From positions 256,001 to 320,000 of the forward strand of contig CAVTBV010000012.1 of assembly GCA_963733095.1 (NCBI GenBank): 64,000 nucleotides of DNA, written 5' to 3'. Position numbers and translations under genes: made by a program. Under the pieces are notes generated by a model, which was not told the origin of the DNA, made no database searches, and was given only the letters and a program-made list of their open reading frames with translations. The stretch is from Candidatus Bathyarchaeota archaeon (GTDB taxonomy: Archaea > Thermoproteota > Bathyarchaeia > Bathyarchaeales > Bathycorpusculaceae). This document shows positions 1 through 10,435 of the stretch, piece after piece. Numbering within the stretch: position 1 is the stretch's first letter; each line of letters begins with the position of its first letter.

Positions 1-1921
1 AAGTAGTGTTGCATTTGCTTTCAAAATAATTCGTGCAACCCACGAAGCGTTTTCCAGTTTTTTTGGAGCGCAAAATCACCAGTTTCCCATCGCTGCATTT
101 TGGGCATGAGCCGACGGTTCGTTCGTCGAGCCTATTTTTCTGGAGCGGTTGAGTTAGTTGGGCACCTATTTCTGCTTCTTTTTCCTTAAGCTCAGATGTG
201 ACTATTTTTAGGGTTTCAGTAGCATTTTGCAACACATTTTGTTTTGTTTCTTTTCCTTGCTGGATTGCCTCCATTTTTTCTTCGAGTGCTCGAGTCATTT
301 CTGAAGAGACTATTGTTGGGCAGTATTTTGTGAGGACTTCGATGACTTCGAAGCCCAAGTCGCTGACCGAGAGATTGTCTGTTCCGCGCAGGTATTTGCG
401 GTCGTAGAGTGTTTGGATAGTAGCTGCCCGAGTGGCTTTAGTGCCTATTTCTTCTCTTTCCATTTTCAACAGTAAGCTACGAGGGTTGTATCGAGCCGGC
501 GGTTTAGTGAAATGGGCCCTTAAAACGACTCGTTTAACGGCGACTTTTTGCCCTTGAATCAGGGGCGGCAGCGAAGCCTCTTTTGAGTGCACGTAGGGTT
601 TGTAAAATCGCATCCACCCGTCCATCAACGTTCGCACGGCATTTAGAATGAAAAAGTTCCCGTTGATGTTGATTTTCACGTTGATGCTTTGTTGAATTGC
701 TGGTTCGCCGAAAACCGCTAAAAAGCGTTTAACAATCAAATCCAAGATGTTTCTTTCCGCGGAGTCAAGGGGTTTTTCAGGCAGATTCCCTGTGGGGTAG
801 ATGGCAGGGTGGGCGGGGTCATATTTTTTGCCCTCGTTAGGTTTCAAGGCAGGTTTGGAGAGGAGTTCAGCAGCGTGTTTAGCGTATACGGGTGCTTTTC
901 CAAGTTTTTTGAGGATGTTTTTGTAGCCGATTGAGGGCGGAATCTTTTGGCTACTGGTTCTTGGGTAAGAAATCAAAGCATTCAGGTAAAGTCTTTGTGC
1001 GATACTTGAGGTACGCATGGGAGTGTACTTGAAGATGCGGTATGCTTCACTCTGTAGGGCGCCAAGGTCGAAGGGCACAGGGGGATTCTGCAAAAACTCT
1101 TTCACATCCACCGTTTCTATTTGACCTTCTTTTGTTTTGCACGAATCCTTTAATGCCATAGCTTGGGTTTTGTTTTCGAGGGTTTTTTGGTATTCAACGT
1201 CGAAATCGGAGTCGCCTATAGTTATTTTTGCGGTCAGAATCCAGTAGGGTGTGGGCACAAAGCAGTTTATGGTTTTTTCGCGGATTTCAACGAATCTCAA
1301 CGTGGGTCCTTGCACTCTTCCCGTGCTAAGGGTCGCATATTTTCCGCTGCAGTTTTTTGCTGCGGTGGTTAGGGCTCGTGAAAGGTTTATGCCGTATAAC
1401 CAATCAACTTCATGGCGGGTTAATCCTGCTTCGATTTGCGCAAAATCCAAAGTTGGCAACAGATGACTGTAGGATTCTTGGAGTTCTTCGCGGGTAAGGG
1501 TTGAGTACTTCATTCGTTTAGCCGACGCTTCTTTGTTGCCGCAGGCATACTTTAGGATGGTGTAGCCGATGATGCTGCCTTCAATATCAAAGTCGCAGGC
1601 ATCCACAAATCCTTCTGCATCAACAGCAAGCTGCGCGATGACTTTTAACCAAACCCGAATCCTTGAGACTCCGCGCTCAGCCAGATACCTTGGAACCCAC
1701 TGGTAATCTAACACTGGATAACCTCGTCCCTTCTGTTTGCTTGTAATTGTGTAAAGGTGTCCCAGCGCTGGAACTACTACTAAGTTGCAGTCTCGATATG
1801 CTTGGTAGTAGGGTACGCCGTTGCTGACCTTTTTTTGGGGTTTACCTTCAGCATCTAGCGCGGTTGCTATTCGGTTTGCCGCATCAGGTTTTTCAGTTAT
1901 GATCAAAGTGTATTTTCCCAC
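1..1921 (-). CDS. topA: DNA topoisomerase I (type IA), runs off the left window edge
   Basis: Not in the ORF track because there is no stop in the window. Manual translation from GTG 1921 gives MGKYTLIITEKPDAANRIA (TOPRIM EKP), ALGHLY, DACDFDIEG and a C-terminal zinc ribbon CPKCSDGKLVILRSKKTGKRFVGCTNY. Confidence 0.95.
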   Translation of the reverse strand, partial: MGKYTLIITEKPDAANRIATALDAEGKPQKKVSNGVPYYQAYRDCNLVVVPALGHLYTITSKQKGRGYPVLDYQWVPRYLAERGVSRIRVWLKVIAQLAVDAEGFVDACDFDIEGSIIGYTILKYACGNKEASAKRMKYSTLTREELQESYSHLLPTLDFAQIEAGLTRHEVDWLYGINLSRALTTAAKNCSGKYATLSTGRVQGPTLRFVEIREKTINCFVPTPYWILTAKITIGDSDFDVEYQKTLENKTQAMALKDSCKTKEGQIETVDVKEFLQNPPVPFDLGALQSEAYRIFKYTPMRTSSIAQRLYLNALISYPRTSSQKIPPSIGYKNILKKLGKAPVYAKHAAELLSKPALKPNEGKKYDPAHPAIYPTGNLPEKPLDSAERNILDLIVKRFLAVFGEPAIQQSINVKININGNFFILNAVRTLMDGWMRFYKPYVHSKEASLPPLIQGQKVAVKRVVLRAHFTKPPARYNPRSLLLKMEREEIGTKATRAATIQTLYDRKYLRGTDNLSVSDLGFEVIEVLTKYCPTIVSSEMTRALEEKMEAIQQGKETKQNVLQNATETLKIVTSELKEKEAEIGAQLTQPLQKNRLDERTVGSCPKCSDGKLVILRSKKTGKRFVGCTNYFESKCNTT

Positions 1922-2057
1922 TACTCTTAGCCACACCTTAACAGTCCAAAGAGGATTTGCTGTTTAAAGGTTTACAGTAACATGTGATAAGCTGGGTTTT
2001 ATAATTTTTTAGCAACCATTAAATATACCACATCTATGTAAATACTGGGGAATTTGG

Positions 2058-2228
2058 GTGCCACAACGAGTTATTTGCCACGGTTGCAACCACATTTTAT
2101 ATGAAGGCAAAGACCTAAAACCACCAGACGAAATTATTACGCTGCATGGTGGAAAATGCCCGAAATGTAACAGAAAACTATCATTGTTACCCATGGATGT
2201 GGAAGTTAAACCTTTAAACAAACGTTGA
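2058..2228 (+). CDS. 56-aa zinc-ribbon microprotein
   Basis: Manual translation from GTG: MPQRVICHGCNHILYEGKDLKPPDEIITLHGGKCPKCNRKLSLLPMDVEVKPLNKR*. Two CxxC pairs; divergent from topA. Confidence 0.75.
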   Translation: MPQRVICHGCNHILYEGKDLKPPDEIITLHGGKCPKCNRKLSLLPMDVEVKPLNKR

Positions 2229-2469
2229 GAACAACTTTTATGCTTCAAAGAGTTACGACCTAGTTTATTATTCTCAGAGTTGTTTTTAATTCACACAACT
2301 TAATTGAGTGACTTATATGCTGCAAATTCTTATTTAGGGCAACTCTGTGCCACGGTTCACGTAACTTAAGGCTTGAAGTCATCCTGGGGGGTTTTGGAAA
2401 GCCATAAATAAATCACCCATGTGTAAAATAGTACAATTGCAATATACGTTTGGAAGAGAGATGTCTTAA

Positions 2470-4761
2470 ATGGGCGAAGGAATTAAGGAAAGACTCGGTA
2501 GCTTATCAGTTTTTAGCAGGCTAAGACTTCAGGTAAGCCACAGTTCAATTATAGCTTTTGCAGCAATAATCATTATTCTGTTTGTTGCTTTTACAGTTCG
2601 TATTTTACCCCTACGCTGGGAAAACCTTACACAAGGAACTGCACTCCTAAACGAGTTTGACCCCTACTACCAATTCAGCATCACCCAACACATGGTACAA
2701 CACGGTTTACTTTCACCCTACTGGCCAACCCACTGGGTAAACACGATGAAATGGTATCCAGACGGATTAGACATGTCCACTTCGCTACCAGCCTTACCCA
2801 TGACAGCTGCGGTACTCTACCAAATTGTCTCATTCTTCGGCGCAAACATCGACTTAATGACATTCACCTCAATACTTCCAGCCGCCATAGCAGTTGTCTC
2901 CTGCCTCATTCTCTACTTCATCGGCAAAGACATGGGCGGAAAAACAGTTGGCTTATTCGCAGCGTTGTTCCTCGCGTTAGCGCCATCATTTTTACAGAGA
3001 AGCTCATTGGGATTCTTCGATACAGAAGTGCCCGGTGTTCTTGGATTGGTACTTTTCATATTCTTGTTCCTAAGGTCACTAGACGCCAACAGGTCCCTGC
3101 GCGGATCAATATTTTACTCTCTTGGTGCAGCGGCGGCTTTGGGTTATTTCATCGCAGGTTGGGGAGCAGCATACTACCTAATTGCCCTATCAGTCCTGTT
3201 CGTGTTTGTCCTAGTTCTACTAAAGAGATACACCCCAAGAATGCTGATTAACTACAGCATAACCTTCGGCTTAGCACTGTTTATCGGAACAAAAGTGCCC
3301 TACATCTCGCTTAGCTATCTGATTTCAGGTGCAGTCGTTCCAGTAGCCGCAGTGTTTATTGTGCTTGTAGTCGCAGAGATTCTGCGAAACAACGTATCCA
3401 TAAAAACCAAACTGTCAATGGCGATCGGAACATTGATAGTGGTTGTAGGCGGAATTACTGTTTTAGCATTAACCGATAAACTTGGCGGAATAACTGGAAA
3501 ATTCGTGACGGTATTAGATCCCTTCATCAGAGCTGCTTCGCCCCTCGTCGATTCAGTCGCAGAACAAAGAATCACGGCATGGGGAAACCTCTACCTTGAA
3601 TTCGGCGTAGCCATACTATTCTTCCTATTAGGAATGTACTTTGTTCTGAGAAACCCCACTAACAGAAACATCTTCTTGCTCCTATTCGCAGTAACTGGAC
3701 TCTACTTCGCAGCTTCAATGATTCGACTACTGGTCCTCTTCGCTCCAGCATTCGCCATAATAGCAGGCATCGGCATCATCAGCCTACTAAAGCCATTCTT
3801 CACCCTGCTGCAGGAAGCACCAAAAACTCTTGCCAAATCAAAGCGGAGAATGGCACGGGTAAGCAAGGAGTACAGCGGCGTTGCCGTATTCATCATCCTA
3901 ATGATTATGGTAACGAACTTGGCGTTTTCGCCACAAACAGGCGGAATGCCAAGAGCAATAGAGCAAGCTTATGTACCAACAGCAATCAGCGCTTCAAGCC
4001 TTCCAGTAGGCGGAGCAAGCCTAACAGGACCAGTAACCGCATGGCGCGAGGCACTACAGTGGATGCAAACTAACGTTGGCTCAACTAATGCTGTTGTAAT
4101 GTGGTGGGACTATGGAAACTGGTTAAGTGACCTTGGAAACGTAACTAGTTTAGCTGATAACACCACCACAAACGCCACCCAAATAGAGAACGTAGGGTTC
4201 ATATTCATGGGCAACGAGAACCAATCGATGACAATGCTCAGCAGTTATGGCCAGTCACGTGTACAGTACATCGCCGTCTTTGAAGTCCTCGGAATATCTC
4301 AATCCAGCAGCGGATCTTCATCATACGTTGCGAGCCCAGCAGGATACGGAGACGAAGGCAAATGGGTATGGATGGCAAGAATCTCGGGACAAGCAAAAGA
4401 CAGATTGATAAACGAAGGCTTCATGAATCCAGGAACAGCATGGACAGATGAAACTCAATTCGGCTCCAGCGACCCAACAACGGGCAGATGGCAATGGAAC
4501 GATCAAGGCTTAAACTGCACCGTATTCGAACTGCTCAACTTCGCAGAAGTAGACTACTGCAACACAATTACCGCCGCTACAAACAACCAAATCACCGTTA
4601 CCCCAGACCAAACAACCACCCTGCCAACCTACTTCCAAAAAGCATACTTCGCAGGCGAAAACATATCCCCAGGCCAATACGGCGGCTTAGTCCCCATAAT
4701 TGCAATCTACAAGATTGACTGGGCATCATACGACGCACAGATGGGCATAACTCCGCCCTAA
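2470..4761 (+). CDS. aglB: Oligosaccharyltransferase AglB (STT3 family)
   Basis: EFDPYY, GFFDTE, SVAEQ, WWDYG, DNTT and DEGK motifs; many TM helices. Confidence 0.95.
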   Translation: MGEGIKERLGSLSVFSRLRLQVSHSSIIAFAAIIIILFVAFTVRILPLRWENLTQGTALLNEFDPYYQFSITQHMVQHGLLSPYWPTHWVNTMKWYPDGLDMSTSLPALPMTAAVLYQIVSFFGANIDLMTFTSILPAAIAVVSCLILYFIGKDMGGKTVGLFAALFLALAPSFLQRSSLGFFDTEVPGVLGLVLFIFLFLRSLDANRSLRGSIFYSLGAAAALGYFIAGWGAAYYLIALSVLFVFVLVLLKRYTPRMLINYSITFGLALFIGTKVPYISLSYLISGAVVPVAAVFIVLVVAEILRNNVSIKTKLSMAIGTLIVVVGGITVLALTDKLGGITGKFVTVLDPFIRAASPLVDSVAEQRITAWGNLYLEFGVAILFFLLGMYFVLRNPTNRNIFLLLFAVTGLYFAASMIRLLVLFAPAFAIIAGIGIISLLKPFFTLLQEAPKTLAKSKRRMARVSKEYSGVAVFIILMIMVTNLAFSPQTGGMPRAIEQAYVPTAISASSLPVGGASLTGPVTAWREALQWMQTNVGSTNAVVMWWDYGNWLSDLGNVTSLADNTTTNATQIENVGFIFMGNENQSMTMLSSYGQSRVQYIAVFEVLGISQSSSGSSSYVASPAGYGDEGKWVWMARISGQAKDRLINEGFMNPGTAWTDETQFGSSDPTTGRWQWNDQGLNCTVFELLNFAEVDYCNTITAATNNQITVTPDQTTTLPTYFQKAYFAGENISPGQYGGLVPIIAIYKIDWASYDAQMGITPP

Positions 4762-4776
4762 GCAGGAAGCGCTACA

Positions 4777-5667
4777 GTGTTCCCAAAGGTCCCAGACCAG
4801 CATAAAGTTGGCCGACCTTTAATCCCCAACGGTTTAGGCGTTCTTTTTGTCCTAACCACCACCGTTTACCTTTTTTCGATTTACTTCTCAAACAGAGTCT
4901 TCAATCTAGGCTTGGATACATCGGTTAGCGGCGTCTCTGCTGCTTTGACCTTGGCAGTTTGCGTACTTTTCGGTGGATTCATGGGACTTCTCGACGATTT
5001 TATGGATTTGAAGTGGCGTTACAAGGCTTTCATGCCCCTGATTGCGGCATTGCCTTTAATGTACTACGTGTTTGAAGGTTTACAGATTGGCGCCATCCGA
5101 ACATCCATAGCGCTTCCTTTCGCTGGGTCTTTACATTTCGGCGCATATTACGTATTCCTCATTGTTCCGTTCATCGTCATGATTGTCACAAACACAGTTA
5201 ACCAGCTTGGTGGCTTAAACGGGCTTGAAACCGTTTGTCCTGCCATAGTTATATTGGGCTTGATGGCTTTTTCCCCTTCTTACATCCTAATGGTTGGACC
5301 CCTATTCTTCTGGCTAATCTTGGCTTTCTTCAATGTGCGAGGCAAGATTTTCGTAGGCAACGCAGGCTCATTTGCTATCGGAATAACAATAGCTTCATTC
5401 GCTGTGATTTCAGACCTAAAAGTAGACTTGTTAATTTCCATCTTGCCATTCATCTTTAACTCATCAATCATCCTCCTCGCTGTATTCTTCACGAAGAAAC
5501 GTGCAAAAGTCAAATTCGACGGAGTAAAACTCAGCTCCGACGCAAGAAAAAGTTTAGTTACAATAATCTGTTACCATCGCCCCTTAACCGAGAGACAGAT
5601 TGTTCAAATAATTGCAGTTATAGTTGCCCTCTTCACATTGTTGGGGGCACTAATCCAGTTTTTTTAA
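4777..5667 (+). CDS. aglH: UDP-GlcNAc:dolichol-phosphate GlcNAc-1-P transferase (MraY/DPAGT family)
   Basis: GLLDD, NTVNQLGGLNGLE and FNVRGKIFVGNAG motifs; directly downstream of aglB. Confidence 0.8.
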   Translation: MFPKVPDQHKVGRPLIPNGLGVLFVLTTTVYLFSIYFSNRVFNLGLDTSVSGVSAALTLAVCVLFGGFMGLLDDFMDLKWRYKAFMPLIAALPLMYYVFEGLQIGAIRTSIALPFAGSLHFGAYYVFLIVPFIVMIVTNTVNQLGGLNGLETVCPAIVILGLMAFSPSYILMVGPLFFWLILAFFNVRGKIFVGNAGSFAIGITIASFAVISDLKVDLLISILPFIFNSSIILLAVFFTKKRAKVKFDGVKLSSDARKSLVTIICYHRPLTERQIVQIIAVIVALFTLLGALIQFF

Positions 5668-5670
5668 TAA

Positions 5671-8400
5671 TTAAGCCCCAAGGAAACTTTCAAGCCTTGT
5701 TAACCCAATAATTTCCTCAAAATTCAAGCCCAAAGCATCCAAAACCTGGTCAAAGGTCGATTGTAAATACGCGATGTACTTGTCAACGTCTACTTCATTT
5801 CTTGAGGCTAACTCGACGGGTTTTACGCGGTCTTTGTTACTATTAACTTTAACAAAGCTAATGAGGTCGCCTGCGCGAAGTTCCTTTCCGCTTGCCTGCA
5901 AAATCTTGGCGGCTTTCACATGCTGCGGCGTCGTTTTGGTGTAACTCGCAACCTCATCGCCCAGCACAACGTGGAAGGCAAGGTCGCTCATTTCACCCCA
6001 TTCTCGGCGTTTGAGGATGTTGTAGCGTTCGCGAACGATAGCAGCGATATCTTTTCTTGCTTTTTCGAAGTCTTCAGGATTCTTAACTTTTGCAAGCCGC
6101 TCTTTCATCTGGTTGAAGGCGTCTTTTATGAATATGGGGATGTGTTTTTTCTTGCCAGTTAACCCTTTAACGTCGACGGTGCCGTCCTCGAGAACTCCGA
6201 GGTAGTTCTTTTTGCGGGAACTAAACACTGCGTACCGGTAGGTTTTTTCCATGTCGATGCCCATGTTTAGCTCGTGTTCGGTGTAGCGGATGACTTCTTC
6301 AATTTGTTCTTTAGTGGGGTTTTTGAGGAAAAGGCTATCTGTGTCACCGTAGAGAACCTTGACGCCTACTGTTTCGGCATGCTTTAAGATTTGAGTGATG
6401 GAGTATCTTCCGATGGCTGCTGTTGCTTCTGCCACTGGTGGGCAATAGAGGTCAAAGCTGTCAGCTCCAAAAACTCCGTAACTGGCGTTCAAAATGACTT
6501 TAAGCGCACCCTGAGCGATACTGTACCAACTGCGCAACTCAGGCGGCAGGGTTTTATCTTTGGCGCGACTTTTGTACCATCGGACACGCAAATCGCGCAG
6601 GGAACCGATGAGAAGACTTTCGAGCGCTCGTTTTTCTGTGCAGACCCAATGTGGTGTATCAGGGATCATGTGTCCTTTACAATTAGGGTGGCTACAGCAT
6701 ATGGATTGGTACCCAAGATTCCAAACTTTAATGATAGAGGGGTACAGACTCGGAAAATCCATAACCGCTACGTTAAAGTGCACGCCGGGCGTCGGCTCAA
6801 CTACGATGGCGCCCTTGTATTTTTTGCCCTTAATTACGGCGGTTGAGGTGGTTTTGCCTTTCTTAGTCAGGATATCTTCGGCGTTTGGGATAAGGTAGTT
6901 ACGTTTGCGGTGTTCGCGGTGCATGAAGTTGCGTATCCAGCGGCTCACACCCTGTCGGCTAACGTCTTCCATGGGCATGCTGCTTATGCGGGCAAGGACC
7001 AGAATGAGTTTCATTGCAGAATCATTATCAAAACTTGTCAGCTTGTAGGTTATTTCTGAATCTCTCAGGCAATATGCTGCAAGTTCGCTGTAGTTGAGGT
7101 CGCCGAAGGCTTTTTCAAGGTGCATTTTTTGTGTGCCGATTAAGGCGGTGCCGACGTCGTCTAGACTGACGTCTTTGTAGCGGTTGCCGTATGCGTAGAT
7201 TTGTACGCTGCGGTTGAAGAAGAACTTGTAGAGGTCAATGTGTACACCGTACCGAAGGAGGCAGACTCGCTTACCGATTTCTATTGGGATATCGCGTTTG
7301 CTAAAGCCCAAGTTTGCAGCCCGATGGGCTAGGTATCTGAGGTCAAAGTCGTCGCCGTTAAACGTTAAGATGAAGGGATAATCGTATAGGACATCGAAAA
7401 CTTTTCTGAGTAACTCCTCTTCAGTTTCGCAGTACTCTACGTCGATGCCTGATGTCAAGGCGGCGTCGCCCCTTTGCATTCCTTCGCGCTTAAGAACAAG
7501 CACCTTTTTTTCTCCGTCGGAACTGTACACTGAGCATGCAATTACCGGGCAGGCACCTTCACGCGCGTCAGGAACTCTTGTGGAGAGAGGCGAGTAAACT
7601 TCTATGTCTATGGCTGCCCGACGGAACTTTGGGGCAGGGTACTCGAGAAGTTTAGCCCACATCTCAGCATAATCGCGTTCCTCGGCGCTGCATTCTTGGA
7701 AGAGGCTCTTGATCTTGTTGAGGTTCTCGGTTGCTTCTTCAAGCACTTTAGGCACAAGGTTGCCGTCCTTCACCTCATAGATCATGCCTGGCAAAAGTTT
7801 TTGGTCGTAGATGTAGGTTTGGTAGTATTTTATTTTTGATTCCCAAACTTTAGTGTCACTGTCATGAATTCCACATCCGAAAACCCGCGGGTAATCTTCA
7901 GGAATAATGTCTCTGATAGTGCCTGCTGGTCTTCCGCCAATGGCTAAAGGGTCTTTAGCTATGATTTTAGTTACTTTGACGTTTTCGTTCTTTAAAGGAT
8001 CAAACTTTATTTCTTCCACAAAACTGTCAAAGCCCTCATGATTTACGATGCGACCGAATCTCTTCAAATCACCCGTAGACAAGTTGGTTAGACAATAAGG
8101 TTTGTGACCCGTGTTATCATACCAGAAATAAAGGTTTCCAGAGACAGGCTCATAGAGTTTAACCACCACCTTCTTTTGGCGCCCATCATAGAAGGCCGAG
8201 ACAAAGTAGGAGGGAGGCAGGTTTGGCGGGGCGATTGGGGGGAACGGTTGTCTCGGTCTTTTTTTGGGCTCGATAACTTGAACTTCTTGCACTTCGCTTG
8301 GTGTGAGTTCGGCTGGCGCTTGCGCTTTAGCCTCCTCTGTAACAGGCGGCTTAGGTTGTTCGCTTATGCAGAAATCTAAGAGAGTACGCGCCATCCCCAT
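5671..8400 (-). CDS. polB1: Family B DNA polymerase, crenarchaeal PolB1 type
   Basis: Exonuclease DIEV and TFNGDDFD; polymerase DFPSLYPS, KVILNASYG, YGDTDS and KKNY; N-terminal YDG...WYDNTGHKPY typical of B1. Confidence 0.93.
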   Translation of the reverse strand: MGMARTLLDFCISEQPKPPVTEEAKAQAPAELTPSEVQEVQVIEPKKRPRQPFPPIAPPNLPPSYFVSAFYDGRQKKVVVKLYEPVSGNLYFWYDNTGHKPYCLTNLSTGDLKRFGRIVNHEGFDSFVEEIKFDPLKNENVKVTKIIAKDPLAIGGRPAGTIRDIIPEDYPRVFGCGIHDSDTKVWESKIKYYQTYIYDQKLLPGMIYEVKDGNLVPKVLEEATENLNKIKSLFQECSAEERDYAEMWAKLLEYPAPKFRRAAIDIEVYSPLSTRVPDAREGACPVIACSVYSSDGEKKVLVLKREGMQRGDAALTSGIDVEYCETEEELLRKVFDVLYDYPFILTFNGDDFDLRYLAHRAANLGFSKRDIPIEIGKRVCLLRYGVHIDLYKFFFNRSVQIYAYGNRYKDVSLDDVGTALIGTQKMHLEKAFGDLNYSELAAYCLRDSEITYKLTSFDNDSAMKLILVLARISSMPMEDVSRQGVSRWIRNFMHREHRKRNYLIPNAEDILTKKGKTTSTAVIKGKKYKGAIVVEPTPGVHFNVAVMDFPSLYPSIIKVWNLGYQSICCSHPNCKGHMIPDTPHWVCTEKRALESLLIGSLRDLRVRWYKSRAKDKTLPPELRSWYSIAQGALKVILNASYGVFGADSFDLYCPPVAEATAAIGRYSITQILKHAETVGVKVLYGDTDSLFLKNPTKEQIEEVIRYTEHELNMGIDMEKTYRYAVFSSRKKNYLGVLEDGTVDVKGLTGKKKHIPIFIKDAFNQMKERLAKVKNPEDFEKARKDIAAIVRERYNILKRREWGEMSDLAFHVVLGDEVASYTKTTPQHVKAAKILQASGKELRAGDLISFVKVNSNKDRVKPVELASRNEVDVDKYIAYLQSTFDQVLDALGLNFEEIIGLTRLESFLGA

Positions 8401-8507
8401 TTAACCTTAGCCAACTATGGTACAGGGAGACTAAAATGTTTAGTGACTAAAATCTAACAAAATAACCCTTGAGGTTTCTACATCAAAAACAGTGACAAAA
8501 AGAAAAA

Positions 8508-8651
8508 CTATGCATTGAGGAAGGTTTCATGCCTACTTCGAAGGTGGCTGTCTACTTCTTTTTTGGTGTCAAATATTTTTCCGCATTCAGAGCACATGTA
8601 TTGCCCAGCACGGGTTTGCGGAGTGCTTCTGCGTTTGACGATTTCCTTCAT
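8508..8651 (-). CDS. 47-aa C2H2 zinc-finger microprotein
   Basis: Manual translation: MKEIVKRRSTPQTRAGQYMCSECGKIFDTKKEVDSHLRSRHETFLNA*, pattern Y-x-C-x2-C-x3-F-x8-H-x4-H. Confidence 0.7.
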   Translation of the reverse strand: MKEIVKRRSTPQTRAGQYMCSECGKIFDTKKEVDSHLRSRHETFLNA

Positions 8652-8711
8652 TTTTCTCACTCTAATAAGAAATGGCGAAGGCCGCTTATGCTGGTGTGTG
8701 CGATAGTTTTG

Positions 8712-8866
8712 TTACGCACCTATTTCGTCTTCGTGTTGCTTTCCTTCCTCGATGAGTTTACGTACTCGTGGACCACCCTGTGCACCACCCAACCTTCCTT
8801 CCTCTTGACAGTCATCTTTCCTTTATTCGAGTCCGTGTTCTCGTTTCGATTTCGCCTTCTTGACAA
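8712..8866 (-). pseudogene. Frameshifted KGG-type (GsiB/Em-like) small stress protein
   Basis: TTG start gives ...SNKGKMTV; after a 1-nt shift near 8806 it reads EEGRLGGAQGGPRVRKLIEEGKQHEDEIGA*, resembling the KMTVxEAGRxGG stress motif. Confidence 0.5.
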
Positions 8867-9017
8867 AGACTGCACCCTTCCATAATTGATGGTTTATGGG
8901 ATGGTCTAGCATGGATGAATTACTCATAAGGATATGTGGCTGTTAACATGCAGTAACATAGCTGCCAGGTTTGAATTCTTATTAAGTTCCCCGTGTTTTC
9001 ATTGCTGTGAACCAGAT

Positions 9018-10367
9018 TTGTTACGTGACGCTTGGACTGTTGCCCTAGAGACTCTCAGTTGGATAGAAATGCGCCGACTCAACGAGCGTTCAGCTTTGAT
9101 GCGGACGGTAAAACAGCTAGGCATCAAGGACCCAAGCGCTATACGTTTTGCTTACGGGTTAGTGATTGAAACAGAAAGAAGAAAAAACCTCATAGACAAA
9201 TTCATCAACGAAGTGGTTTCGCCCAAAAAAATCGGTGAGTACACCATGGGCCTACAGGCTTTTTTGCGACTCTACGTTTACCAGACGCGTGTCGTTAAAA
9301 ACTGGGAAAGAATCAGCCTAAAAGAAGCCGAAAGTATCGCAAGCATGGGCAGAGCCATACTAGGCTGGCAAACCATGCGCGAGGTAGAAGGGATTTTGGG
9401 CTTTTTACTTACCAAACAGTTGGCGCCAATCATCCAAGCAGCAAGCGACGTAGAGAAGGTTAGCCTGCATACTTTCCATCCCCAGTGGCTTGTGGAGTAC
9501 TGTTTTAAGCTCTTTGGAGAGAACGATGCCATCGCGTTCTTGAACGGTAGCATGACGCCGCCTCCCATCTACATCCGAGCCAACACCTTAGCCGCAATCG
9601 AAGAATCAACCCTGCAAAAACTCAAAGAAGAAGGGGTGGAACTGGAAAAAACCTCGTCGCTAAATTACACCTACAAGGTTTTATCATCCAAAAAACCGTT
9701 AAATGCTCTACCAAGCTACGCAGAAGGCTTATTCTATGTACAAGACAAAGCAAGCTGCTTTGCCACCCAAGCCGCCGCACCCAAACCCGGCAACACAGTG
9801 TTTGATGTTTGTGCTGCTCCAGGCGCCAAAACAACCTTCATAGCTCAACTAATGCAGAACCAAGGTGCAATTTACTCAGTCGATTTCTCGGCTAAACGCA
9901 TGAAAACATGGATAAAAGAGACACGCCGCATGGGCGCCAAAATTGCGGAACCTTTAGTTGCGGATGCCCGACTCTCAGTGCCGCTGCTGGGTAAAGCGGA
10001 CCTTCTGATTCTGGATCCGCCTTGCACCAGCACAGGTGTTTTTGCCAAGCAACCCTCGTCGAAGTGGCGTTTGAGCCCCAACTCGATTAGGAACATGTCG
10101 GAGCTTCAGTGGCAAATGATTAACAACGCTGCAGAAAAAGTCACCGCTGGCGGCATCTTAGCCTATTCAACCTGCAGCATAACCCTCGAAGAAAACGAAG
10201 GAATAATCGAGCGGTTCCTAAAAGAACACCCAGAATTCACTCTGATGGATATCGAACCCAAAATCGGTATGCCAGGACTAAATGGCTTAACCAAATGCCA
10301 ACGCCTCTACCCACACATCCACCAATGCAACGGCTTCTTCATAGCAAAACTACAAAAAACAAGCTAA
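9018..10367 (+). CDS. RsmB/NOP2/NSUN family RNA cytosine-C5 methyltransferase
   Basis: DVCAAPGAKT, DPPCTSTG and YSTCS motifs; N-terminal NusB-like region. Probable start TTG 9018 (track start 8934). Confidence 0.9.
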   Translation: MLRDAWTVALETLSWIEMRRLNERSALMRTVKQLGIKDPSAIRFAYGLVIETERRKNLIDKFINEVVSPKKIGEYTMGLQAFLRLYVYQTRVVKNWERISLKEAESIASMGRAILGWQTMREVEGILGFLLTKQLAPIIQAASDVEKVSLHTFHPQWLVEYCFKLFGENDAIAFLNGSMTPPPIYIRANTLAAIEESTLQKLKEEGVELEKTSSLNYTYKVLSSKKPLNALPSYAEGLFYVQDKASCFATQAAAPKPGNTVFDVCAAPGAKTTFIAQLMQNQGAIYSVDFSAKRMKTWIKETRRMGAKIAEPLVADARLSVPLLGKADLLILDPPCTSTGVFAKQPSSKWRLSPNSIRNMSELQWQMINNAAEKVTAGGILAYSTCSITLEENEGIIERFLKEHPEFTLMDIEPKIGMPGLNGLTKCQRLYPHIHQCNGFFIAKLQKTS

Positions 10368-10435
10368 ATATCAGTTGCCAGTTGTAACAAACTAAAAAAC
10401 CTCCCTTGCTTATTTATCTATAAAGGTCTTTTTTT

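Noticed and set aside
8529-8885. 118-aa plus-strand ORF
   Set aside because: It is antisense to two small minus-strand genes with recognisable motifs.
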